Positions 29,515 through 38,532 are shown, counted from the stretch's first letter. The stretch is DNA of 64,000 nucleotides from an uncultured Planctomycetia bacterium (GCA_964392615.1 CAYMRB010000001.1:7343-71342); one strand, 5' to 3'. Numbers and translations: made by a program. Notes: a model not told the origin generated them from the sequence alone.

Positions 29515-30084
29515 TCACTGACCCGCGCGCCGGACGCGAGCCAGGAGGACCGCCAAGCCCGCCTCGAGGTCGCGCTGCACCGTCTTCGTCGAGACGTCGA
29601 GCTGCTCGGCAATCTCGCCGTGCTTCAGCCCGCCGAAGAACTTCAGCTCGATGATCTGGCCCAACCGCCGCGATCGTTCGCCGCCGCGTTCGAGCTCCGC
29701 GAGAGCCTGGCTCACCTCGTCGGGTTCCATCTCGAGTTCGTCGCGACGCCACCCCTTGTCGCGCAGCTCATCCCTGGCCCGCGCGAAGAATCGAAAGCGC
29801 ACCTTCCGGCGCTTGGCGTGATTGATGAGAATCTGCCGCATGCGCCGCACGGCGATGGCGAAGAATTGCCGCCGGTCCTGCCATTCGATCTCGTCGCTTC
29901 CGAAGAGACGCAGGTACGTCTCGTGGACGAGATCGCGGGGGCTCAGGGTGTGGCCATCTCGCTCGTTGCGAATCAGTCGACCGGCACGAGACAGAAGCTC
30001 CTCGTAGACGAGGGACACGGCCTGTTCCCTCGAGACGGAGTCTCCGGCCGCCGCCGCTCGCAGGAGTCGCGTGATCTCTCGCAT
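29515..30084 (-). CDS. ECF sigma-70 factor, TIGR02999 (Sig70_X6)-like, the type genomically paired with Ser/Thr kinases
   Basis: The N-terminus MREITRLLRAAAAGDSVSREQAVSLVYEELLSRA...GHTLSPRDLVHETYLRL matches the characteristic family opening (EITxLL...GD...LxxLVYxELRR...GHTLQ...LVHEAYLRL). The sigma-4 HTH is LKFFGGLKHGEIAEQLDVSTKTVQRDL. The stop lies 5 bp before the kinase start. Confidence 0.85.
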   Translation of the reverse strand: MREITRLLRAAAAGDSVSREQAVSLVYEELLSRAGRLIRNERDGHTLSPRDLVHETYLRLFGSDEIEWQDRRQFFAIAVRRMRQILINHAKRRKVRFRFFARARDELRDKGWRRDELEMEPDEVSQALAELERGGERSRRLGQIIELKFFGGLKHGEIAEQLDVSTKTVQRDLEAGLAVLLARVRRAGQ

Positions 30085-30116
30085 CGTCCGCGCTGCCCTC
30101 GGGGCCCTCATCTACA

Positions 30117-30145
30117 CCGGGGACCATTGTCGGAAAAACTTGTCC
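30117..30145 (-). promoter_or_regulatory. candidate sigma70-like promoter of the ECF sigma gene (-35 TTGGAA, 17-nt spacer, -10 GACAAT) inside an AT-rich island containing the imperfect palindrome GGAAAAAC-N6-GTTTTCC
   Basis: Read on the minus strand the sequence is TTGGAAAACGGACAAGTTTTTCCGACAAT, lying 33-61 nt upstream of the sigma ATG. It is the only AT-rich stretch in the 168-bp divergent intergenic region. Two GAGGG boxes sit just before the ATG. Identified by eye only. Confidence 0.3.
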
Positions 30146-30252
30146 GTTTTCCAAGGCCTCGGTTGCCACCCCGAGCGAGGAACGGGCCCGGACCTCGCTT
30201 GTGGACTTCATGTCGATCAGTTGAACCCTGTCTCTCAGGAGTTGCCTTCACC

Positions 30253-33200
30253 ATGCATACGGTGAACCGCCCGCACCGCCGCGGTGCATTCGTGCTGCTA
30301 TATGCAGCTGTCATGACCCTGGTGTTCCCGGCCCTGCGCGCCGAAGTGTCAGTCGTGGACCTCGTTCAGGAGACACCGAATCGCGCCGTGCGGGACGTCG
30401 GCTTCTTCGAGCACGAGGGTGTCAGGTACTACTGGCAGGCCTCCGGAAAAGTCGGCGCCACCGTCTTCACGTGGAGCGAGGCTGCCGGGGCCTACGAGGA
30501 GCACCAGGATCTGCTCGCGGGCGCGGAGGTTTCCGACCTCGAACTCTTCGTCATCGACGGCGAGCTCTACATCGCATTGGCCCACGAGGCGAACGGCTCG
30601 AACACCGTCATGCCGTCGCACATCCTCCGGCTGGATCCCGTGACCGGGATCTTCGTCTCGATCCAGACCATCACGACGATGCACGCGACGCGCTGGGCGC
30701 ACTTCGAGATCGCGGGCGAGCACTTCCTCGCGGTCGCGAATGCGGTGGACGGTTCGTCATATGGAGTGATGTCGAGGGTCTATCGCTGGGACGGCGTCAC
30801 GGAGCAATTCGTCCTCCACCAGGAGATTCCCACCCAGACCGCCTCCGACTGGGAAGCCTTCCGCATCGGCAGTCGGTCCTTCCTCGCCGTTGCGAATGCG
30901 GGAATGGGGCCGCGTGGCGGTCCCGTCGTCTACGACGTCGACTCGGTCGTCTATGAGTGGAATCCGTCAGCCGGTTCGGGAGGGCTCTTCGAGGAGTATC
31001 AGCGGATCGCCACGCACGCGGGAAAGGACTGGGAACACCTCGAGCTCGACGGAGTTCCCCACCTCGCCCTGACCAACCTGGCGACCGGCGCGACCGGCTC
31101 GGCTGACTACAACGTCGACTCCAGGCTCTACCGTTGGGACGGCGACGCTCTGCCGGCAGGCGAGTTCGTCGAGATTCAGTCCTTCCCGACCCACGGGGGG
31201 CTGCGCGCTCACGCCTTCTCCGTCGGCAACGAGCGGTATCTCGCGATTGCGAACACCTACGACGGCTCGAGCTCGTACCAGGACACCGTTCTCTATCGCT
31301 GGAACGGCTACGAGTTCATCGAGGCCGAGAGGATCGCGATGGGGTCGACCCGAGGCCTCGCCACAACGCTTCTCGACGGCCGCACGCTCCTCGCACTCGG
31401 GCGATACCACACCGGCGCGAGCTACGACGGCATGCAGCCGATCTACGCGGTGCGGCAGGTGGACGAGAAGATCGTCTTCCAGCACCAGGACACCGGCGGC
31501 AATTGGGACATCTGGATCATGAACCCGGATGGCAGCGACCTGACGCGTCTGACCGACGACCCGGCGGTCGAGGAACACCCGATGATCTCGCCCGACGGGA
31601 AGACGATCGTATTCGGTCGGCGCAACGGTACGTATACGCCCCAGATTTGGACCATGGACATCGACGGAGGCAATCAGACGCAGCTGACGAACGAGTCCAC
31701 GTACGCCTACAACCCGGTCTGGAGCCCCGACGGCAAGACGGTCTACTACAGCATCAACAACTTCTACCCGCACGGTCTCATGGCGATCGCCCCCGACGGG
31801 TCGAATCACCGCGTGATTCACGCGACGGCGGGTGGCACGTATCCGATCGTCAGCCCCGACGGCAGGTACGTCCTGCACGGTTCGGTGCCGAGCTCGAACC
31901 CGAACAGCTACGACATGATCATCACGCCGGTCGACGGCGGGCCGCAGATCAACCTCAGCGCGCTGACCGGGCTTTCCGGCTACGAGCGCCAGGGATGCAA
32001 GTTCGCGTGGGGGCACGACGACATCATCCTGTTCGCCGGTCACGAGCCGTCGTGGGCCGGGTACGATTTCGACATCTACTGGGTGAAGGCCGACGGCAGC
32101 GCGTGGGGCACCATTCGCGATGACGCAGCGGGATCGTCGTATCCCTGCTGGTCGCCGGATGAGCAGCGTATGGTCTTCAACTCGTTCTCGGGCTCGACGA
32201 GCACCGAGGAGATCTACGTCATGAACCGCGACGGCACGGGGCTCTACCGGCTGACGAACCGGCCCGGCCGGGACAGCTACCCGCACTGGGGCAAGGCGGT
32301 GCGTACCTCGACCGACACGGTGCCGCCCGTCGTCGAGATCGTCTTCCCCGCGCCGGAGACGCTGCTTCCCGGGACTCAGGTGAACGTGATCGTGAACATC
32401 GTGGATGACAGTGCGACGACGATCACGTGTTCCCACGCGGGGCTCGGCGGAACGCTTCCCGCAGGCGGGGGCGAGCTCAGCGGCACGATCACGCTCGTCG
32501 AGGGAGCAAACGTCATCACGGTCAACGCGGAGGACACGGGCGGCCTCGTCGGCGGGACGAGCATCACGGTGTACGTCGACACGACGGCGCCGGGCGCCAT
32601 TGTTCTCTCGCCGGTCGACGGCGCCGCAACCGGCCAGTCTCCGGCAACGATCAGCGTCGAGGTCTCCGATGTGAACGATCTCGTTGTCGACATCGGCGGC
32701 ACCATCGTTTCGGTGCCGGCCGGGACCACCGTTGTCAGCGTGGACGTCCCTCTCGCCGAGGGCTCGAACGAGATCCCGATGACGGTCACGGACGCGGCCG
32801 GCAACTCGACGAGTCTCGTGCACACGCTGGTGCTCGACACGCAGGCGCCGATCATCGGGCCCGACACGCCGCAAGACGGTGACGTCTTCGGACCGGGCGA
32901 GTCGCCCATCGCGGTCGTGATGACCATCGACGACGACACGGCCGTCGACTACACGGTGTCGCCGTCCGGCACCTCCGGCAGCTTCCCGAGCGGCAGCGGC
33001 ACGACCGTCGACGCCGTGGACCTCGTCGAGGGCTGGAACGTCATCACCATCACGGCCACCGACGCCGCGGGCAACACGAGCCAGGCCTTCGTCACGGTGA
33101 TCTTCGACACGACGGCTTCGAACATCCTGACCGTTTCGCCGGCTGACGACGACCCGCTGCGGGACGTGATCGACTGGCACGTCGAGGCCGACGACCCGTC

Positions 33201-34308
33201 GCCGGGATCGGGCCTCGACCGCGTCGAGCTCTTCGTCGACGGCGTGCTCCATGCGACGCTCACCACCGCCCCGTTCGAGATCGCTTTCGACACGACCCTC
33301 CTCGTCGACGGACTCCACGTGCTCGAGGCCAAGGCCGTTGACGGCGTGGGCAACGAGTCGACCTCGGTCGTTTCGGTACTGGTCGACAACACGGCCCCAC
33401 AGGTCTGGATTCCGTTGCCTCTGGCCGGCGCCTACCTCGCGGGCACCTTCGCGCTCGAGGCGGAGTTCTTCGACGAGGGCGCGGGCGTCGCGTCGCTGGA
33501 GATGTCCGTGGCTGGTCTGTCCCCGACCGGAGACGGTTCGGCGACGTACGATCCGCCGCTGGCCACGGGGATCGCGACCGGCGAGGAGGACTCCACTCGC
33601 TGGCCGGACGGGCCGCTCAGTTTCTCGGTGGCGGTCGTCGATCTCGCCGGAAACACGGCGTCTGCGAACGTCATCGTCCAGATCGACAACGCCGCGCCCG
33701 TCGGCTGTATCGCCGAGCCCGCTTCGGGCAGCTCGGTCGCCGGGATGATCGACCTCAGGGCCGAGGTCGACGATCCGAACCTCGCGCAGGTCCAGATCGT
33801 GGTCGACGGAATCGTCGTTGCCGAGTCGACGACCTCGCCGCTGGTCGTTCCCTTCGACACGACGTCGCGGCTCGACGGCGCGATGGAGATCGAGGTGCTC
33901 GCGACCGACCTCGCCGGCAACACGACCTCGTGCACATCGAGCGTGACGGTCGACAACCTCGCGGTACGCTTCGTTCCGCGCACGCTGAACCTCAAGAGCA
34001 AGGGGAAGGGCTGTGCGCACGTCGACATCACCGGAGTGAACGTTGCGCTCCTGGATCCTCTGGAGGGCGCCGGCCTCGAGCTGTGGATTCCCGGTGGCAG
34101 CCCCGTGGCAGCGCGGTTCGACTGCGGGCCGCAGGGGGGCGACCCCGGAGAGCGCAAGGTCAGCTTCTCCCGGCAAGACGTGATCGCGTCGATCCGCGCG
34201 GGGATCGCGGCCGGCGAGATCTCTGGTGACACGGTGACCCTCGAGATGGTCGCGAGCGGCGGGGACGACGTGCTCGGCACCGACCGGATCCGCATTCGAG
34301 GGAACTGA
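30253..34308 (+). CDS. large secreted multi-domain protein: seven EPTP/EAR-type repeats (beta-propeller), a PD40/TolB-like beta-propeller and several Ig-like (Big/cadherin-like) domains
   Basis: The start is at the internal Met MHTVNRPHRRGAFVLLYAAVMTLVFPALRAEV. The listed upstream 210 codons are antisense junk that overlap the sigma gene. Seven units have the pattern F..Q.I....A.DWE.F.I....FLAVAN.........S.VYRW.G (approx. 30330-31450). PD40 repeats are SPDGKTIVF, WSPDGKTVYY and SPDGRYV (approx. 31480-32250). At least five Ig-like modules carry V.TDAAGN(S/T) signatures (approx. 32300-34300). Confidence 0.8.
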   Translation: MHTVNRPHRRGAFVLLYAAVMTLVFPALRAEVSVVDLVQETPNRAVRDVGFFEHEGVRYYWQASGKVGATVFTWSEAAGAYEEHQDLLAGAEVSDLELFVIDGELYIALAHEANGSNTVMPSHILRLDPVTGIFVSIQTITTMHATRWAHFEIAGEHFLAVANAVDGSSYGVMSRVYRWDGVTEQFVLHQEIPTQTASDWEAFRIGSRSFLAVANAGMGPRGGPVVYDVDSVVYEWNPSAGSGGLFEEYQRIATHAGKDWEHLELDGVPHLALTNLATGATGSADYNVDSRLYRWDGDALPAGEFVEIQSFPTHGGLRAHAFSVGNERYLAIANTYDGSSSYQDTVLYRWNGYEFIEAERIAMGSTRGLATTLLDGRTLLALGRYHTGASYDGMQPIYAVRQVDEKIVFQHQDTGGNWDIWIMNPDGSDLTRLTDDPAVEEHPMISPDGKTIVFGRRNGTYTPQIWTMDIDGGNQTQLTNESTYAYNPVWSPDGKTVYYSINNFYPHGLMAIAPDGSNHRVIHATAGGTYPIVSPDGRYVLHGSVPSSNPNSYDMIITPVDGGPQINLSALTGLSGYERQGCKFAWGHDDIILFAGHEPSWAGYDFDIYWVKADGSAWGTIRDDAAGSSYPCWSPDEQRMVFNSFSGSTSTEEIYVMNRDGTGLYRLTNRPGRDSYPHWGKAVRTSTDTVPPVVEIVFPAPETLLPGTQVNVIVNIVDDSATTITCSHAGLGGTLPAGGGELSGTITLVEGANVITVNAEDTGGLVGGTSITVYVDTTAPGAIVLSPVDGAATGQSPATISVEVSDVNDLVVDIGGTIVSVPAGTTVVSVDVPLAEGSNEIPMTVTDAAGNSTSLVHTLVLDTQAPIIGPDTPQDGDVFGPGESPIAVVMTIDDDTAVDYTVSPSGTSGSFPSGSGTTVDAVDLVEGWNVITITATDAAGNTSQAFVTVIFDTTASNILTVSPADDDPLRDVIDWHVEADDPSPGSGLDRVELFVDGVLHATLTTAPFEIAFDTTLLVDGLHVLEAKAVDGVGNESTSVVSVLVDNTAPQVWIPLPLAGAYLAGTFALEAEFFDEGAGVASLEMSVAGLSPTGDGSATYDPPLATGIATGEEDSTRWPDGPLSFSVAVVDLAGNTASANVIVQIDNAAPVGCIAEPASGSSVAGMIDLRAEVDDPNLAQVQIVVDGIVVAESTTSPLVVPFDTTSRLDGAMEIEVLATDLAGNTTSCTSSVTVDNLAVRFVPRTLNLKSKGKGCAHVDITGVNVALLDPLEGAGLELWIPGGSPVAARFDCGPQGGDPGERKVSFSRQDVIASIRAGIAAGEISGDTVTLEMVASGGDDVLGTDRIRIRGN

Positions 34309-34309
34309 C

Positions 34310-34978
34310 ATGCGTTTCTTCATCAACGGCTCGAAGACGGGCGCAACAGCGATGATCGCAGCGTGCGGGCTGGCCACCCTCGCCGTGGGAGGATGGCTGG
34401 CGCTCGCGTCCGGTGATCCTGCGAAGAAGACCGATCCGGTCACGGTGGCGCAGGCCGTCGCTGCGACCGATCTCCGAGGCGGCGGCGGTCCCACCTGCGA
34501 AGACCTCGCCTGGGACGGCATGGACCGGAGCGCCATGCAGGCCGTCCTCGAACGGACGCGGTCGGCCACGCACGCGCAGCGCGCCGAGCTCGAGGAGCTC
34601 GCCATGACCGCGCCCCGAGCCGGCGTGCGTGCGCAGGCTCTCCGCTCTCTTGGTCGACTCGGACTCGTGCGTGCGGACTCCGAAGTGGCTGCGCTGCTGA
34701 ACGATCCGAATCCACGCGTGCGTCAAGAGGTCGTGACGGCCCTGGGGCGTGGGGGCGACCCGGCGACCGTCTCCGCTCTGAAGCCGCTTCTCTCCGCTAA
34801 CGCTGATCCGACGCTGCGAGCACTGGCGATCCAGGCTCTCGGCCGGATCGGTACGAACGAGGCGGATCGGCTCGTGCGGGGAGTGCTGGAGGACTCGAGC
34901 TCGTCGCGTGTCGATCGGGCGTTCGCCCGGGGCGCACTCGCAGAGCTCACCTCGGCCAGCGCTAGCGCAGGCAGCTGA
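34310..34978 (+). CDS. HEAT-repeat (PBS-lyase HEAT-like) protein with an N-terminal hydrophobic anchor
   Basis: The ATG lies 1 nt after the upstream stop. Repeats are ...LNDPNPRVRQEVVTALGRGGDPATVSALKPLLSANADPTLRALAIQALGRIG..., which is the E-Z type HEAT signature. It is co-directional with the giant gene and probably co-transcribed. Confidence 0.7.
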   Translation: MRFFINGSKTGATAMIAACGLATLAVGGWLALASGDPAKKTDPVTVAQAVAATDLRGGGGPTCEDLAWDGMDRSAMQAVLERTRSATHAQRAELEELAMTAPRAGVRAQALRSLGRLGLVRADSEVAALLNDPNPRVRQEVVTALGRGGDPATVSALKPLLSANADPTLRALAIQALGRIGTNEADRLVRGVLEDSSSSRVDRAFARGALAELTSASASAGS

Positions 34979-34997
34979 TCGTCTCGCGACGGACGTC

Positions 34998-35022
34998 GGC
35001 CTGGTCGACAGTCGACCGGGCC
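34998..35022. terminator. GC-rich hairpin between the convergent HEAT-repeat gene and URO-D-like gene (candidate bidirectional terminator)
   Basis: ggcctggtcgac-a-gtcgaccgggcc has an 11-12 bp stem with one mismatch. It is located in the 74-bp gap between two convergent stops. There is no clear U-tract, as expected in high-GC genomes. Confidence 0.35.
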
Positions 35023-35052
35023 GGCGTCCGCTCGATCCTCTTCGCGCTCACC

Positions 35053-36249
35053 CTACCCCACGCCCGCCTCGACCATCTCCGCCAGGGTGCGAACGCGCTC
35101 GATGGAGTTGTTCGGCAGGACCATGTCCACCACGTCGAGGATGATGGGCCTGTCGCGGGCGGACTCCAGCAGACGGCGTACGTACGACTCGAACTCCCGC
35201 TCGCTCGTTCGCTCCTCCAGGAGCGGCGACGGGACGCCTCCCCAGATCGTCGGCCCGTCGCTCTCCCAGGCATCCCACGCCGCGTCCACCGTGCATGTCG
35301 TCAAGGGTGCTGGAGAGAAGGACTCGCACACGTCCAGGCCGGTCTCCGCCAACAGTGCGAGGAGGGAGGAGAGATCGCCGTCGGTGTGGCTGCCGACCTT
35401 CTTCCCCTGTCCGTGGAGAGCATCGGCGTAGCGTTGGTAGCAGGGCAAGCAATGCTCGGAGAACAACGCCGGACTCGTCAGCGCGCCGTCGATGTTGTCC
35501 AGGAACTCCACGTAGGGGACGTTGAGCTCGGCCAATCGCCGCAGAATCTCCTGTAGCTGCTCGTCGAGGACTCGCAGCAAGCGCTCCACGACGCGAGGAA
35601 AGTCGTAGAGCGCGTAGTAGAGCGGGGTCATTCCGAAGTAGTCGACCAGCAGCTGCAGGAAGGGAGTGCGTCCGAGAGACGCGACGACGAAACCGATGTC
35701 CGCCATCTCCGACTGCACGGCGTGCAGCCTCTCGAACCACGGCACGAAATCCGAGTGCTCGACGATGTACTCCAGCGTCCGACAGTTCGCTTCGTCACCG
35801 ATCGGATGCCGGCTCATGTAGGCGCGCGCTCCCGAGGCCAGCATCGGCTCGAGCATCGTGTGCTCGATGCTCAGCTTTCCGACCGGAGTGATCACCTCGG
35901 TCGTCGTCGTGCCGACTCTGCCCGCCGGCGCGAGGTAGTCGACATCCGGGAATCGCTCGACGACGGGGTCCGTCTCCCGGTAGACGACCTCTCCTTCGAA
36001 CCGGGACACCAACTCGACGCCGCGAAGCCGCAGCCCGTGGGGAGCGAGGAACTTCTGCTGCCCCATGCCGACCCGCCGGTGGATCTCGGTCAAGGACAAG
36101 CCGTCGAACTCCGCGGGCAGGTCCCCCGTGTGGACGAGCCCTTGATGCCAGAGCTCGAGGCGACCGACGAACGGAAGCCTGGGTGGTCTCTCGCCGGCGA
36201 GGACGCGCTCGACTCGCTCACTGACGGTGTCTCTCTCGATCGCTGCCAT
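35053..36249 (-). CDS. uroporphyrinogen decarboxylase (URO-D) superfamily protein (decarboxylase/methyltransferase-like TIM barrel)
   Basis: The start is at the internal Met MAAIERDTVSERVERVL (cat at 36247-36249). The N-terminal 28 codons of the listed ORF are Arg-rich. Motifs are ...PIILDVVDMVLPNNSIERVRTLAEMVE and HTDGDLSSLLALLAETGLDV, as in the URO-D/MtaA family. The assignment is tentative. Confidence 0.6.
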   Translation of the reverse strand: MAAIERDTVSERVERVLAGERPPRLPFVGRLELWHQGLVHTGDLPAEFDGLSLTEIHRRVGMGQQKFLAPHGLRLRGVELVSRFEGEVVYRETDPVVERFPDVDYLAPAGRVGTTTTEVITPVGKLSIEHTMLEPMLASGARAYMSRHPIGDEANCRTLEYIVEHSDFVPWFERLHAVQSEMADIGFVVASLGRTPFLQLLVDYFGMTPLYYALYDFPRVVERLLRVLDEQLQEILRRLAELNVPYVEFLDNIDGALTSPALFSEHCLPCYQRYADALHGQGKKVGSHTDGDLSSLLALLAETGLDVCESFSPAPLTTCTVDAAWDAWESDGPTIWGGVPSPLLEERTSEREFESYVRRLLESARDRPIILDVVDMVLPNNSIERVRTLAEMVEAGVG

Positions 36250-36451
36250 GGGGTGAAATCTCCAGCGGCCTCGCCACGCGAGCAGAGAACGGACCTCGTC
36301 CGCCAAGATCCGCGCTGACCGCCGGGAAGTCAACGCCGCTACGGAGGCATCTCGACCCTCCCGCTGACGAGGAGTTGATCTCGACGATCAGTCTCCGTCG
36401 TGCTGTGATGGCGAGAGGATGAACTGACCGGAAGAAACGGACGGAACCGCC

Positions 36452-38338
36452 ATGTCACGCCGCGCTGCCCTTCTGCCTCTCTCGACGTTGTCCTTGCTGC
36501 TCGCCCTCGCCTTCGCGAGAGTTGCGTTCGCCGCCGACCAGCCGAACTTCGTGTGGCTCCTGTCGGAGGACAACTCGAAGCACTACCTCCGCCTCTTCGA
36601 CGCGGACGGCGCCGAGACGCCGCGCATCGAGGCACTCGCGAAGCACGGGCTCGTCTTCGAGCACGCGTTCTCGAACGCGCCGGTCTGCAGCGTCGCCCGA
36701 ACGACACTGATCACCGGCTGCTACGCGCCGCGCATCGGCACGCAGTTCCACCGCAAATCAACAACCGTGCCTCTGCCCGCCGGGCTGCGCATGTTCCCCG
36801 CGTATCTGCGCGACGCCGGGTACTACACGACGAACCGGCAGAAGAAGGACTACAACGCCATCGAGGGCAAGGGCGTCTGGGACATGTCGTCCGGCAGGGC
36901 GAGCTGGCGAAACCGTCAGGCCGATCAGCCGTTCTTCCACATGCAGAGCTTCGGATCGTCGCACGAGAGCTCGCTGCACTTCCCCGCCAAGGCCATGGAG
37001 ACGCGCACCGAGACCGATCCGGAGAAGGTCCAGATCGCGCCCTACCACCCCGACACGCCGACGTTCCGCTACACGTACGCGCGCTATCACGACCGCATCC
37101 GCAGGATCGACGAGCAGATCGGCGGAATCGTCGACCAGCTCGCGGAGGACGGCCTGCTCGAGAACACCTTCATCTTCTACTTCGGCGACCATGGCGGCGT
37201 GCTGCCACGCGGCAAGGGATACGCGTACGAGAGCGGCCTCCACGTTCCGCTCGTCGTGCGCGTTCCCGAGAAGTGGCGCGGTCTGGTCGATGCGAAGCTC
37301 GGCACACGCGTCAGAGGCTTCGTCAGCTTCATCGACTTCGGACCGACCCTGCTGCACCTCGCGGGCCTCGACGTGCCGGGCGGCATGGACGGGAAGCCAT
37401 TCCTCGGCAAGGGCATCCGCATGGCCGATGTCGACCGTCGCGACGAGACATTCGGCTACGCCGATCGCTTCGACGAGAAGTGGGATCTCGTCCGCACGCT
37501 GCGCAAGGGGCGCTTCAAGTACATGCGCAGCTACCAGCCGTTCAACTTCGACGCGTTGCAGAACAACTACCGTTACAAGATGCTCGCGTACACCGAGTGG
37601 CGCGAACTGTACCGCGCGGGCAAGCTCGACGCGGTGCAGAAGCAGTTCTTCGAGCGACGCGCGGCGGAAGCGCTCTACGACATCGAGTCCGACCCGCACG
37701 AGACGAAGAACCTCGCCGACGATCCAGCGCACGCCGAGACCCTGCGCGCGTTGCGCGGCCGACTCGCGGCGATCGTCAAGGGGCTGCCGGACCTCAGCCT
37801 GTATCCCGAGAGCGAGCTCGCCGCGACCGCGTTCTCCGATCCCACCGGCTTCGGAACGTCGCACCGGGCGGGGATCGCCAAGCTCGTCGACATCGCCGAT
37901 CTCAGCTTGGTGCCGTTCGGCGAGGCGCGCGACGGCGTCGAAGCGGCGCTCGCTTCGAAAGACCCATGGCAGCGCTATTGGGGCTGGATCGTCTGCAGCA
38001 GCCACGGCGACTCCGCACGGCCGTTCGTCGAGCGTGCGAAGAAGGCGATGGCGACCGACACGGAGATCCTCGTGCGCGTGCGCGCCGCCGAGTTCGTGGG
38101 CTTGCTCGGAGCCGCCGATCCCCGACCGACGATCGCGGCGGCGTTGAAGCAGACCCGCTCGAACGTCGAGGCAGGCTTGATCCTCAACACGCTGGTCCTG
38201 CTGCGGGACGGCAAGCCGAGTTGGGACGTCTCGACGGTCGACGTAAGCCCCGCGGCGAAGGGCGGCGAGGTGCAACGACGCTTGCTCTACCTCACGCCCG
38301 GAGCGGCAGGCAAGAAGACGCGTCGGAAGCGACGCTAG
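36452..38338 (+). CDS. secreted sulfatase-family hydrolase (arylsulfatase-like)
   Basis: 628 aa with a signal peptide (LLPLSTLSLLLALAFARVAFAA). The N-terminal PNFVWLLSEDNS region and the active-site region PVCSVARTTLITG (a C-x-A-x-R variant of C-x-P-x-R) are present, as are GDHGG and the metal ligands D/N. The out-of-frame 1180-aa ORF 36553..40095 is junk across this interval. Confidence 0.85.
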   Translation: MSRRAALLPLSTLSLLLALAFARVAFAADQPNFVWLLSEDNSKHYLRLFDADGAETPRIEALAKHGLVFEHAFSNAPVCSVARTTLITGCYAPRIGTQFHRKSTTVPLPAGLRMFPAYLRDAGYYTTNRQKKDYNAIEGKGVWDMSSGRASWRNRQADQPFFHMQSFGSSHESSLHFPAKAMETRTETDPEKVQIAPYHPDTPTFRYTYARYHDRIRRIDEQIGGIVDQLAEDGLLENTFIFYFGDHGGVLPRGKGYAYESGLHVPLVVRVPEKWRGLVDAKLGTRVRGFVSFIDFGPTLLHLAGLDVPGGMDGKPFLGKGIRMADVDRRDETFGYADRFDEKWDLVRTLRKGRFKYMRSYQPFNFDALQNNYRYKMLAYTEWRELYRAGKLDAVQKQFFERRAAEALYDIESDPHETKNLADDPAHAETLRALRGRLAAIVKGLPDLSLYPESELAATAFSDPTGFGTSHRAGIAKLVDIADLSLVPFGEARDGVEAALASKDPWQRYWGWIVCSSHGDSARPFVERAKKAMATDTEILVRVRAAEFVGLLGAADPRPTIAAALKQTRSNVEAGLILNTLVLLRDGKPSWDVSTVDVSPAAKGGEVQRRLLYLTPGAAGKKTRRKRR

Positions 38339-38532
38339 CGCTGAAGCCATGCTGTATGCCCTGCTCTGGATGGCCGGCCTGGCCGCGGCGCAGTTCTGGA
38401 GCGCGTTCTGGCTCGGGCTGTCGGCGCGGATCGACCGCTGGATCGCGCGACGCGCGCTGGAAGTCGCGACGCTCGGCCCCGTGCTTGTCGCGTCGGGCAT
38501 CCTCAGCGTGTCGGCCTGGATCGGCTACTATC

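Noticed and set aside
26288-29521. Plus-strand ORFs 26288..27433, 27553..28572 and 28157..29521, and minus-strand 28227..29414
   Set aside because: Shadow ORFs of the Ser/Thr kinase gene. The kinase frame has a full set of Hanks motifs.
29620-30252. N-terminal 211 codons of the listed 1562-aa ORF (29620..34308)
   Set aside because: This part is antisense to the ECF sigma gene and compositionally junk. A clean signal peptide begins at the Met at 30253.
30967-34605. 1212-aa minus-strand ORF and other ORFs inside 30253..34308
   Set aside because: Antisense junk. The plus-strand frame carries EPTP, PD40 and Ig-like repeats.
36553-38338. First 1786 bp of the listed 1180-aa plus-strand ORF (36553..40095); 36758..38500(-) and 37191..38147(+)
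   Set aside because: This portion is out-of-frame with the well-supported sulfatase gene and has low GC3 and Arg/Ser-rich content. Only the part from 38533 onward looks coding.
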